From positions 16,084-80,083 of the forward strand of contig JBQTHC010000039.1 of NCBI GenBank assembly GCA_052390255.1: a stretch of DNA of 64,000 nucleotides, given 5' to 3'. The DNA comes from Microthrixaceae bacterium (lineage in GTDB: Bacteria > Actinomycetota > Acidimicrobiia > Acidimicrobiales > VFJN01). The position numbers were made by a program, and so were the translations under genes. Position 1 is the first letter of the stretch. The number at the start of each line of letters is the position of its first letter. The notes below the pieces were generated by a model. That model ran no database searches and had not been told where the DNA came from. It saw only the letters and a list, made by a program, of their open reading frames with translations. Shown piece by piece: positions 41,049 to 49,746 of the stretch.

Positions 41049-41246
41049 GGAGGTCACCGTCCCGGGCGGGCCGGGGCAACGGTCCGGCCGGTTCGTACGA
41101 GATCCCCCCGTCGTGCGAACCGGCCCCACCGACCCCCGGCCTGCCCCACGGTCCACGCCCCGCCAACCGACCCGGCCCCGCGGCCGGGTCGGTGCGCGCC
41201 CGGCCTGACGTGTGGCAGCCACAGGCCCGGCGATACCGTCGTCGCC

Positions 41247-41807
41247 GTGCCCGAGCGTCCCCGTCTGCCCCTGCGCGTCGTCATCCTGTCGACGACGCTT
41301 GCGCTCGCGGCCGCCGCCGGCACCTACGCGCTCCTCAGCGACGACAGCGGCACGTCGCTCTCCACCAACGGCAACGCGCTCGCGCTCAGCCCCGAGGACC
41401 CTGACACGGCGAGCTTCACGACCTTCGAGGGCGAGCGCGTCGCACTCTCCTCGCTGCGAGGGACACCCGTCCTCGTCAACTTCTTCGCGTCCACCTGCGT
41501 GCCATGCATCGCTGAGATGCCCGCGCTCGAGAAGGTGCACCAGTCGCTCGGGGACCGGGTGACGTTCCTCGGACTCGCGCTGCAGGATCGTCCTGAGGAT
41601 GCGCTCGCGCTCGTCAAGCGCACCGGGGTGACCTACCGAACCGCACAGGACAAGGACGCCTCGGCGATCACAGCCTTGGGAGGCACCGTGCTCCCGACCA
41701 CGGTGCTCCTCGACGCAGACGGCACGATCGTGAAGCGCCACAGCGGCAAGCTCACGGAGGCGGCGCTGCGCAAGCTCATCGCTGACGCGTTCGGCATCGA
41801 GTCATGA
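41247..41807 (+). CDS. TlpA-family thiol-disulfide oxidoreductase (membrane-anchored thioredoxin-like)
   Basis: GTG at 41247. TM anchor, then 'PVLVNFFASTCVPCIAEMP' (CxxC). Confidence 0.8.
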   Translation: MPERPRLPLRVVILSTTLALAAAAGTYALLSDDSGTSLSTNGNALALSPEDPDTASFTTFEGERVALSSLRGTPVLVNFFASTCVPCIAEMPALEKVHQSLGDRVTFLGLALQDRPEDALALVKRTGVTYRTAQDKDASAITALGGTVLPTTVLLDADGTIVKRHSGKLTEAALRKLIADAFGIES

Positions 41808-42655
41808 TCAACGCGCCGCTCGCCATCGCGTTCGGGTCGGGGATGCTGGCCACGGTCAACCCGTGCGGCTTCGCGATGCTGCCGGCCTACCTCGCGTACT
41901 TCCTCGGGATGGACGACCGCGACCGCGACGTGCGCGCGAGCATCGGTCGGTCGCTCGGCGTGGGCCTGTCCGTCTCCGCTGGGTTCCTGGTGGTCTTCAG
42001 CGCAGTCGGGCTCGCGATCTACCACCTGTCGGCGTCGGTCGAGCGGTGGACGCCGTGGGCGACCATCGTGGTCGGGATCGGCCTCGTCCCGCTCGGCATC
42101 GCGATGGTCCGCGGCTTCGAGCCGATCGTGTCGCTGCCCAAGCTCAACCGTGGCGGGCGCGAGCGGAGCGGGCAGTCCATGCTCGTGTTCGGGATCTCGT
42201 ACGCGATCGCGTCGATCTCCTGCGCGCTGCCGCTGTTCACCACAGCCGTCGCAGGGACGTTCCGACGCGAGAACCTGGCGTCGAGCCTCGCTGTGTTCGT
42301 GGCCTACTCGCTCGGGATGACCCTCGTCCTCCTCGCGCTCACCGTGAGCCTCGGGATGGCGCGGCAGAGCATCGTGCACTGGCTCCGTCGGTCACTGCCG
42401 TATGTCACGCGGGCGTCCGGCGCGCTGCTGATCGTTGCGGGCGCCTACCTCACGCACTACGGCTGGTACTCGATGCGCGTCCGCGACGGGCGCGGCAGTG
42501 ACTCCGCCGTGGTCGACCTCGTCACCGGTTGGTCCGACTCGATCGCGCGTTGGGTGAACGACACGGGACCGACGCGGATCGGCTTCGTGCTCGCGCTCGG
42601 GCTCGCCACGGTGCTCACCGCGACGTACGGCGTGCAGACCCGCCGCCGCCCGTAG
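41804..42655 (+). CDS. ccdA: Cytochrome c biogenesis thiol-reductant transporter CcdA/DsbD-family
   Basis: ATGA overlap with tlpA. 'GMLATVNPCGFAMLPAYL' and a second conserved Cys in 'SISCALPLF'. Confidence 0.85.
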   Translation: MINAPLAIAFGSGMLATVNPCGFAMLPAYLAYFLGMDDRDRDVRASIGRSLGVGLSVSAGFLVVFSAVGLAIYHLSASVERWTPWATIVVGIGLVPLGIAMVRGFEPIVSLPKLNRGGRERSGQSMLVFGISYAIASISCALPLFTTAVAGTFRRENLASSLAVFVAYSLGMTLVLLALTVSLGMARQSIVHWLRRSLPYVTRASGALLIVAGAYLTHYGWYSMRVRDGRGSDSAVVDLVTGWSDSIARWVNDTGPTRIGFVLALGLATVLTATYGVQTRRRP

Positions 42656-42665
42656 GCATCGCTGG

Positions 42666-43274
42666 ATGGGCCGCTTCGCGGAGCTGCTCGCGCACGACGG
42701 CGTGGAGGAGGAGGTGACGCTGCGTTCCACGTTCGGCTTCATGGCGTTCCACGGCGGCAACCTCGAGGAGGGCACCGACGGGATCGCTGCCGCGGCGGCC
42801 GAGGCGAGCGGCGCCTCGCTGTATGCGGTGCGTCAGCCGGTCGACCTGCGCTGGCACATCCCGTCGGTCGAGGTCACGCCAGAGGACTCCCCGGCTCTTG
42901 CCGGCTTCCTCGAGCACGTCGAGGTCGCGGTGGCCATTCACGGCTACGGCCGCGAGGGGATGTGGACGACGCTGCTGCTCGGCGGCGCGAACCGACCGTT
43001 GGCGGCGCACGTCGCTGGTCACCTGCGCGCGGGGATGCCGACCTACGTCGTGATCGACGACATCGAGGCCGTGCCGCGGGAGCTGCGCGGCGTTCACCGT
43101 GCCAACCCGGTCAACCGCTGCGCCGGCGGTGGCGTCCAGCTCGAGCTGCCGCCGCGGGTTCGATCGCGGGTGCCGATGTGGGCGGATCTGCCCGAGGGCG
43201 CTCCGATCCCGCACGGCGAGGATCTGGTCGAGGCCCTCGCGGCCGCGGCCCGCGCCTGGCCCCCGCCTTCTTGA
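42666..43274 (+). CDS. Poly-gamma-glutamate hydrolase family protein (YjqB/UPF0714-like)
   Basis: 'FMAFHGGNLEEGTD', 'VAIHGYGR' and 'NPVNRCAGGGVQLELP'. The stop codon lies inside family-2 repeat copy 3. Confidence 0.65.
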   Translation: MGRFAELLAHDGVEEEVTLRSTFGFMAFHGGNLEEGTDGIAAAAAEASGASLYAVRQPVDLRWHIPSVEVTPEDSPALAGFLEHVEVAVAIHGYGREGMWTTLLLGGANRPLAAHVAGHLRAGMPTYVVIDDIEAVPRELRGVHRANPVNRCAGGGVQLELPPRVRSRVPMWADLPEGAPIPHGEDLVEALAAAARAWPPPS

Positions 43275-43314
43275 GGCGCTTCGTTCGCAAGACCCGAACA
43301 GAACGCCCCGAGAA
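43268..43314 (+). repeat. Long-hairpin intergenic repeat, family 2, copy 3
   Basis: TTCTTGAGGCGCTTCGTTCGCAAGACCCGAACAGAACGCCCCGAGAA. It lies between convergent genes. The upstream gene's TGA is the TTGA of the repeat. Confidence 0.85.
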
Positions 43315-43322
43315 CCACCGCC

Positions 43323-43967
43323 CTACGGGCTGAGGCGGACGATCTCCCAGCGCGTGGGGTCGTCCGCTGGGTGCTGGTATCGGAGCCGGTCGTGCAGGCG
43401 ATTCGGGCGCCCCTGCCAGAGCTCCACCGTCTCGGGCACCAGCCGGAACCCTCCCCACTCAGACGGGCGTGGGATCTCCCCGTCGCCGAAGCGGTCCGCC
43501 ACCGCGTTCACCCGAGCCTCGAGCGCGGCGCGATCCTGAAGCACGCTCGACTGCTCCGACGCCCACGCCGCCAGCTGGCTGCCACGCGGCCGTGTTGCCC
43601 AGTACTCGTCGCTCTCGGCGACCGACACACGTGACGCGAGGCCGCCGATGTGGATCTGCTGCAAGAGCGGGACCCAGCTGAAGACGAGCATCGCGTAGGG
43701 GTTCGCGGCGAGGTCGCGGGCCTTCGCGCTCCGGTAGTCGGTGAAGAACGTGAGCCCTCGCTCGTCGATGCCACGCAGCAGGACGTTGCGCGCCGATGGC
43801 CGCCCGTTGGAGTCGGCGGTGGCGAGCAGCATCGCGGTGGGCTCGTTCGGCGCGACCTCGAGCCACCTCGCGAGCCAGCGCTCGATCTGGGCCACGGGGG
43901 TCGACGCCATCGTGTCGACGGCGAGGGGAGTGGTCTCGTACTCCTGGCGCAGCGCTTCCAGCTCCAT
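43323..43967 (-). CDS. pdxH: Pyridoxamine 5'-phosphate oxidase
   Basis: 'NGRPSARNVLLRGIDERGLTFFTDYRSAKA' and the C-terminal 'LHDRLRY....W.IVRLSP' are PdxH signatures. Confidence 0.9.
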   Translation of the reverse strand: MELEALRQEYETTPLAVDTMASTPVAQIERWLARWLEVAPNEPTAMLLATADSNGRPSARNVLLRGIDERGLTFFTDYRSAKARDLAANPYAMLVFSWVPLLQQIHIGGLASRVSVAESDEYWATRPRGSQLAAWASEQSSVLQDRAALEARVNAVADRFGDGEIPRPSEWGGFRLVPETVELWQGRPNRLHDRLRYQHPADDPTRWEIVRLSP

Positions 43968-44018
43968 CCGACGAATGCTGGCACGCGAGCGGTCCCCTCT
44001 GGGGGGCGGCTCAGCAGC

Positions 44019-44417
44019 TCAGCGGCGTGGCCGCGTGATCGAGGCGATCGACTGGAGCTGGTGCTCGAGCGCTTCGAGACCCTCAGCCTTCTCGAGGTAC
44101 CACGCGCCGAGCGACACCACCTCCTGTTCGATCGCGTAGTCGAAGAGGCTGGAGATGACGAGCACGGACTGGTGAGGGTCGTTCGACAGGATCTCGTGCA
44201 GCGTGCTGAGGCCGTCGGAACCCTCCATCACGAGATCGAGGATCACCACGTCCGGCCGGTGCTCGCGAGCTGCGGTCACCGCCGAGCGCGCGTCGTGGGC
44301 GACCGCCAGAACCGAGAAGCCATCGTCCTCGAGCACCCGGGCCACGAGCGTGCGGAAGCGATCATCGTCGTCGGCGAGCACGACGGTGATCGGCGCGACG
44401 GTGCTGGGGTCGGCCAT
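44019..44417 (-). CDS. Stand-alone response-regulator receiver (CheY-like) protein
   Basis: ATG at 44417. Acidic pocket 'LADDDD', phospho-acceptor context 'VVILDLVM', 'VISS' and a Lys in 'YLEKAEG'. There is no output domain. Confidence 0.8.
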   Translation of the reverse strand: MADPSTVAPITVVLADDDDRFRTLVARVLEDDGFSVLAVAHDARSAVTAAREHRPDVVILDLVMEGSDGLSTLHEILSNDPHQSVLVISSLFDYAIEQEVVSLGAWYLEKAEGLEALEHQLQSIASITRPRR

Positions 44418-44481
44418 GAGCCGACCGTATCGCTGTCCCGTACGCGGCGATCTGGGCCGGATGGCCTGTTCCGCGAGCTGC

Positions 44482-47115
44482 TCACCCGCCCAGGTAAGCG
44501 ACGGCGACCTCCGGATCGCGAGCGAGGTCTGACGCGTCACCGGTCTTCACGATCCGGCCAGCTTCGAGGATGTAGGCGCGGTCGGCGAGCGCCAGCGCTC
44601 GCGTCGCGAGCTGCTCGACCAGGAGGATCGTGACGCGCTCCTCGGCAAGGCCTCGGAGCACGGAGAAGACCTCATCGACGATGATCGGCGCGAGGCCGAG
44701 TGACGGCTCGTCGAGCAGCAAGACGCGCGGTCGCGCCATGAGCGCGCGCCCGATCGCGAGCATCTGCTGCTCTCCACCCGACAGCAACCCCGCAGGCTGA
44801 TGACGACGCGAGCCGAGCACGGCGAACTGCTCGTACACCGCATCGATGTCGGTCCACACCCCATCGTCGCGCCGCAGGTTCGCGCCGAGGAGCAGGTTCT
44901 CCTCCACCGTCGACTCGGGGAACATCCGGCGGCCCTCGGGAACGTGAACGATGCCCAACCGAGCGATCTCGTGTGCGGGCAGCCGGTCGATGCGCTGGCC
45001 CTCGAAGCGAATCTCTCCTCGAACCGACTTCAGCAGCTCGCTCACGCCGGAGATCGTCTTGAGCGTCGTCGTCTTCCCCGCTCCGTTCGCACCGATGAGG
45101 GCGACAACCTCACCGGGGAAGACCTCGAGGTCGACGCTGTGGAGCGCGGGGGCGCTGCCGTAGCGCACGCGCAGCGCGCTGACGGACAGCATCGGAACAG
45201 CCACTTCCGGGTCCGTTCCCCCGCGGGACCTCACGTCGACGACAAGGCGCGCCGATTCGTCCTGGTCGTCGCCGAGATACGCCTCGATGACGTTCGCGTC
45301 GGCCGCTACCTGCTCGGGCGTGCCCTCCGCGATCACCCGGCCGAAGCTCAACACGGTGACTCGATCCGCGAGCTCGGTCACGACCTCCATGTGATGCTCG
45401 ATCAGCAGCACCGTGATCCCGAGTGAGCGCACACGCTGCACCAGCTCGACGAGCTGGTGCACCTCGGTCGGGTGCATCCCCGCGGCTGGCTCATCGAGGA
45501 TCAGCAGGCCCGGATCGGCGGCGAGCGCACGAGCGATCTCAAGTCGGCGCTGATCCGCGAACGGAAGGGAGCCCGCGCTGTCACATGCGCGCTCCGCGAG
45601 GCCGACGAATCGAAGGAGCCCGAGTGCGCGCTCGTGTGCGCGACGCTCCCAGGGCCGTAACCACGTCGGCAACAGGGTCGAGCGCAGCAGGCCGCCCGGC
45701 GTGCGGGAATGGGCTCCAACGAGCACGTTCTCGAGCACGGTCATGCGCCGCCAGACCTGACAGCTCTGGAACGTGCGAGCCACACCGACATGCGCGCGAC
45801 GATGGGGAGGGGTTGCGGAGAGATCGATGCCGCCGAACATCACCCGTCCGGAATCGGGCGCGTAGATCCCGCTGACGACGTTGACGAGCGTTGACTTCCC
45901 CGAGCCGTTGGGCCCGATCAAGGCGTGGATCGTTCCACCCTCGATCGCGAGGTCGACGCCGGAGAGGGCCGCCAGGCCGCCGAAGCTCAGCCTCAAGTCG
46001 CTGACCTCGAGGACCGGCGTACCGGCCTCGGATCGTTGCCTCACGATGGGGAGCACGACAGCGCCGTCCGCAGGAGGACGCGGCTGAAGCCACCGCAAGA
46101 GCGGTGCGGCGACGCGTCTGGCGAGCCCCACAACGCCTTCAGGCACCGCGATCACCATCGCCATCACGAGCGCCGCGAGCGCTGCCGTCTCCCACTCACC
46201 GAGGCGTTCGCTGGTGCTCTGACCGCCGATGTCGACCCCGAGGCCGAGCGTGAAGGCGAACCCTCCGACGATCGGCCCCATGAGGGTTCCGAGCCCACCG
46301 ACGACGGCGTCGATGACGAGCTGAAACGATTGACCGACCAGCGTGGTGCCGTCGACCATCCGGACCTGCAACGTGGTCTGGGCCGCGAGCACTCCCGCGA
46401 GCGACACCAGACCGGCCGACAGCGCGAACGACGACACCTTGTACAGGTAGGTGGGAACGCCAGACGCCGCTGCCGCGATCTCGGCCTCGCGGATCGCCTT
46501 GTAGGCGCGCCCCCAGCGACTGTGCACGAGGTTCCAGGTGACGTAGAGGCAGACGAGCAGCAATCCGACGCCGATCCAGTAGAGGCCGAGGAGGTACCGG
46601 TTCGGGTTGGTCGCGGGGATGAACGAGAAGTCCGTTGCAAGCGGCTTGGTGACCGATCGTCCGGAGAGCCCGTTGAACTGGCTCTCGAGCAGCAGCGCCA
46701 CCGACGACACGAGGAGCCCGAACGCGATCGTCACCACCGTGAGGTAGAAGCCGCGCAGGTGGCAGCAGGTGATCGCGAGCACCGCACCGAGCACCGTTCC
46801 GACCAGGAAGGCGACGGGGAACCCGAGCCAGGGGTTCAGTCCCCAGTCCTCCACTGCCCAGATCGCACCGACGAAACCGCCGACGATGAAGAAGGCCCAG
46901 TGCCCCAACGAGAGCAGGCCCGTGTAGCCGAGCAGCACGTTGAGCCCGATCACCGACGCTGCAACCCACATGCCTTCGACGCCGATCTGCATCCAGTAGC
47001 GGCTCTCGCCCTGCGAGGTGCCAAACCACAGCAGGAAGGCGATCAACGCGGCCAGCGGCGCTGCCGCGACAAGGCCCCGCGCGAGCCGTTCCAACCACCT
47101 GCCCTGCACGGTCAC
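44482..47115 (-). CDS. Branched-chain-amino-acid-type ABC transporter, fused permease (LivM) - ATPase (LivG) - ATPase (LivF)
   Basis: GTG at 47115 overlaps the livH stop (GTGA). The N-terminal permease is followed by Walker A 'GPNGSGKST' ... 'VIEAYLG', a roughly 26-aa linker, then 'MLSVSALRVRYG', Walker A 'GANGAGKTT' and 'LSGGEQQMLAIGRAL'. It is one uninterrupted frame of 877 codons. Confidence 0.75.
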   Translation of the reverse strand: MTVQGRWLERLARGLVAAAPLAALIAFLLWFGTSQGESRYWMQIGVEGMWVAASVIGLNVLLGYTGLLSLGHWAFFIVGGFVGAIWAVEDWGLNPWLGFPVAFLVGTVLGAVLAITCCHLRGFYLTVVTIAFGLLVSSVALLLESQFNGLSGRSVTKPLATDFSFIPATNPNRYLLGLYWIGVGLLLVCLYVTWNLVHSRWGRAYKAIREAEIAAAASGVPTYLYKVSSFALSAGLVSLAGVLAAQTTLQVRMVDGTTLVGQSFQLVIDAVVGGLGTLMGPIVGGFAFTLGLGVDIGGQSTSERLGEWETAALAALVMAMVIAVPEGVVGLARRVAAPLLRWLQPRPPADGAVVLPIVRQRSEAGTPVLEVSDLRLSFGGLAALSGVDLAIEGGTIHALIGPNGSGKSTLVNVVSGIYAPDSGRVMFGGIDLSATPPHRRAHVGVARTFQSCQVWRRMTVLENVLVGAHSRTPGGLLRSTLLPTWLRPWERRAHERALGLLRFVGLAERACDSAGSLPFADQRRLEIARALAADPGLLILDEPAAGMHPTEVHQLVELVQRVRSLGITVLLIEHHMEVVTELADRVTVLSFGRVIAEGTPEQVAADANVIEAYLGDDQDESARLVVDVRSRGGTDPEVAVPMLSVSALRVRYGSAPALHSVDLEVFPGEVVALIGANGAGKTTTLKTISGVSELLKSVRGEIRFEGQRIDRLPAHEIARLGIVHVPEGRRMFPESTVEENLLLGANLRRDDGVWTDIDAVYEQFAVLGSRRHQPAGLLSGGEQQMLAIGRALMARPRVLLLDEPSLGLAPIIVDEVFSVLRGLAEERVTILLVEQLATRALALADRAYILEAGRIVKTGDASDLARDPEVAVAYLGG

Positions 47116-48023
47116 ACCTTGTCCACGACCGGTCGGCCGAGCAGCCCCGTCGGTCGCAGGGCAAGCACCAGCACGAACACCGCGAACACCATGATCGGCC
47201 GATACGTGTCGGCCCGGTCCGACAGCACGCCGACGATCCCTTCGACCGAGGCCACCAGGTAGCCACCGACGATCGCGCCCCGCGTGGACCCGAGGCCGCC
47301 GATCACCGCTGCGACGAAACCGGCCACGCCCAGGTTCAACCCGATGTTGAAGCGCACGCCGTACAGGGGCGCGATGAGGATTCCCGACAGGCCGGTGAGC
47401 GCCCCCGCGAGCATGAAGCTCAGGCGGACCATCGATCGGGGGTTCACCCCCATCAACGAAGCCGCCTGGCGATCTTGCGCGACCGCCCGAAAGGCTCGTC
47501 CCGAGCGCGCACGCACCTGGAACAGCTCGAGCGCAACGACCAACGAGAGCGTGACGAGGACCAGCACGATGTCGTTGGGGCCGATGGCGACGTCGGCGAA
47601 CACAGAGCCCTGCCAGCCAGCGATCGACCGCACGAGATCCGGCAGGGTCTGGCCTGTGTCGCTGATCGTCTTCGACACCACCTCTTGCGCGACGATTGCT
47701 GCAGCGAAGGTCGTGACGAGCCAACCGATGTTGGTGGCTGGATCGAACCTGCCCAGTGGCTCAACCGACACAAGGTCGAACAGCAGTCCGACGAGCGCCG
47801 TGGCGACCAGCACGAGCAGGAGGACCACGAGGATCGGAACGCCTCCATCGAAGAGCTGCGCGTGCATCCACCACCCCAGGTACCCGCCGACGACCACGAG
47901 CGTTCCCTGCGCGAAGTTGACGATGCGAGTCGTGGAGAAGATCAGGCTGTAGCCGACGGCGACGAGCGCGTAGACCGACCCGATCGTCAACGCGTACCGG
48001 AGGGCCTGAACGATCTCGCCCAT
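47112..48023 (-). CDS. livH: Branched-chain-amino-acid-type ABC transporter permease (LivH-like)
   Basis: 303-aa polytopic protein with 'INFAQGTLVVVGGYL', typical of LivH. Confidence 0.85.
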   Translation of the reverse strand: MGEIVQALRYALTIGSVYALVAVGYSLIFSTTRIVNFAQGTLVVVGGYLGWWMHAQLFDGGVPILVVLLLVLVATALVGLLFDLVSVEPLGRFDPATNIGWLVTTFAAAIVAQEVVSKTISDTGQTLPDLVRSIAGWQGSVFADVAIGPNDIVLVLVTLSLVVALELFQVRARSGRAFRAVAQDRQAASLMGVNPRSMVRLSFMLAGALTGLSGILIAPLYGVRFNIGLNLGVAGFVAAVIGGLGSTRGAIVGGYLVASVEGIVGVLSDRADTYRPIMVFAVFVLVLALRPTGLLGRPVVDKV

Positions 48024-48032
48024 GGCCGGTCG

Positions 48033-49634
48033 TCAGTGGATCTTGCAGTCGGCGGTCATCGTGACCGTGTCGCCAGGCGCATCGGCAGGCCGCTTCGTGC
48101 ACTGCGTGCCCCAGTTCTCGGCCAGGATCTGCTTCATGTAGTCCGGCTGCGCCCGCATGTTCGCCGCCAGCGTCGGCCGGACGAGGTGGGCAGGGCCGAT
48201 GTAGCTCGGGTCGATCAGCGGGAAGGTCTCGGTCCACTCGTGTCCGAGCGCGTATGGGGGATCGGAGACTGTTGGCCCCGTGTACTTCTCGAGCGTGATC
48301 AGGCACACGTCGTCCCGGGTCATGCCGAGGTGGTTCTTCGGATCGAACCTGAACGGCAGGCCCGCGAACTCGATCTTGGGCATCGTCTCGAGCGCGTCCA
48401 CGACCTTGGCGTGGTCCGTCGACCCGGCGGTCTTCACCGCTTGCAGCAGGGCCCACCAGGCGTTGGGCGCGCCCTCCTCGCCTCCGCTCGCGCCCTTGCC
48501 GTCGTACTTCACGAGCCAGTCACGGATCGGGAAGTGCGGTCCCCCCACGAGCCCGCCGAGGTACCAGGCGGTGAGCGTCCCGGCCCTCGCGCTGTCGCCG
48601 GCGAGCTGCGCCCACTTCTTCTCGCCGGTCCCGCCGGGGTACCCGAGGATCTGCGGCGCCCACTTCGTTCCGCCGCGCGCCGTGGGTGTGTCGACGTAGG
48701 CAGCGCCAAGCGCGTCGAGGCCCTTCACGATCTGCGCGGTGTTGTCGGACAGCCCCCAGACGATCAGGCAGTGCGGCGCCGCGCTCTTGAGGCGCTGCAG
48801 CTGCGCGCCATAGTCGGCGGAGAACAAGGTGAACTCCTCGACCCCCACGACCTCGAGCCCGTGGTCCTTGGCCGCGCTCTCGAACTGATCTGCTCCCGAC
48901 GGCAAGGTCAGCTTGTCGTAGATCAGCGCCACCGACTCGTAGCCGCGGTCGTTCTTCGCGTAGTCGCAAAGCGCGTCGAACGACATCTTGTCCGGCAGCA
49001 GCATCTGGAACACGTTTCGGAGGCCGCCTCCCTCCGGGTACAGCGTTCCGTCCGAGTAGGTGTCTCCGTAGACCGACATGATCGGGATGCCGTCACGCCC
49101 GAGCTGCGCCTTCGCCTCGTCGATGCCGTAGGGAGTGCACCACAGGATCCCGATCATCTCGGGATCAGCGATCAGCTTGGTGTAGGCCTTCGAGGTACCG
49201 TCCGCGAACTCTTCCGCGGGCGCGTTCTCGATGACGTACTCGACCTGCACCCCCTTGACGAGGCCTGCGTCATCGATGTGCTTCTTCGCCGCGCCAAGCG
49301 CGCGCTGCACGATGTCACCGAGGAACTGTCCGACGCCAGACGTCGGCACGATCACGCCGACCTTCAGCGTGGTGACACCGAGGTTGCTGAAGTCGTTGTC
49401 GCCTCCACCGCCTCCACCGCCTCCACCGCTTCCGCCGTTTCCGCCCGCGCCACCTGACCCGCTACCGCACGCGGCCGCAAGGGAGCCGAACGCACCCACC
49501 GCGGCGAGCGAGACGCCTCCACGGGCCGCCCAGGTGAGGAACCCGCGCCGATCAACTGGGCGCGGCCCGACGCCACCCATGAGACCACGCGGCACCGCCA
49601 CGTGACGATCGTCATGGTCTGGCGCTGAAGCCAT
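48033..49634 (-). CDS. ABC transporter substrate-binding lipoprotein (LivK/type-1 PBP-like) with Tat-type signal
   Basis: ATG at 49634 follows GAGGGG. Twin-arginine 'DRRGFLTW', lipobox 'LAAACG', Gly-rich linker (GGSGGGGGGGGGD), then the PBP1 fold 'LKVGVIVPTSG'. Confidence 0.8.
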   Translation of the reverse strand: MASAPDHDDRHVAVPRGLMGGVGPRPVDRRGFLTWAARGGVSLAAVGAFGSLAAACGSGSGGAGGNGGSGGGGGGGGGDNDFSNLGVTTLKVGVIVPTSGVGQFLGDIVQRALGAAKKHIDDAGLVKGVQVEYVIENAPAEEFADGTSKAYTKLIADPEMIGILWCTPYGIDEAKAQLGRDGIPIMSVYGDTYSDGTLYPEGGGLRNVFQMLLPDKMSFDALCDYAKNDRGYESVALIYDKLTLPSGADQFESAAKDHGLEVVGVEEFTLFSADYGAQLQRLKSAAPHCLIVWGLSDNTAQIVKGLDALGAAYVDTPTARGGTKWAPQILGYPGGTGEKKWAQLAGDSARAGTLTAWYLGGLVGGPHFPIRDWLVKYDGKGASGGEEGAPNAWWALLQAVKTAGSTDHAKVVDALETMPKIEFAGLPFRFDPKNHLGMTRDDVCLITLEKYTGPTVSDPPYALGHEWTETFPLIDPSYIGPAHLVRPTLAANMRAQPDYMKQILAENWGTQCTKRPADAPGDTVTMTADCKIH

Positions 49635-49746
49635 CGTTCGCCCCTCGGTCTCCGCACGTTCGATGTGGCTCAACGTATGAACCGCGCGCCGGACGCCGTA
49701 AGGGCCGGAAGTCCTCTCCGAATGGGACGGGGGACCGGACGACGAG

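Noticed and set aside
47116-47724. N-terminal 203 codons of the 1080-aa track ORF (liv fusion)
   Set aside because: This part overlaps livH in another frame and is Arg/Gly-rich junk. The GTG at 47115 overlaps the livH stop (GTGA) and is followed immediately by the permease hydrophobic region.
47475-49457. 660-aa plus-strand ORF
   Set aside because: It is antisense to livH and the solute-binding protein gene. It has no motifs and a charged low-complexity product.
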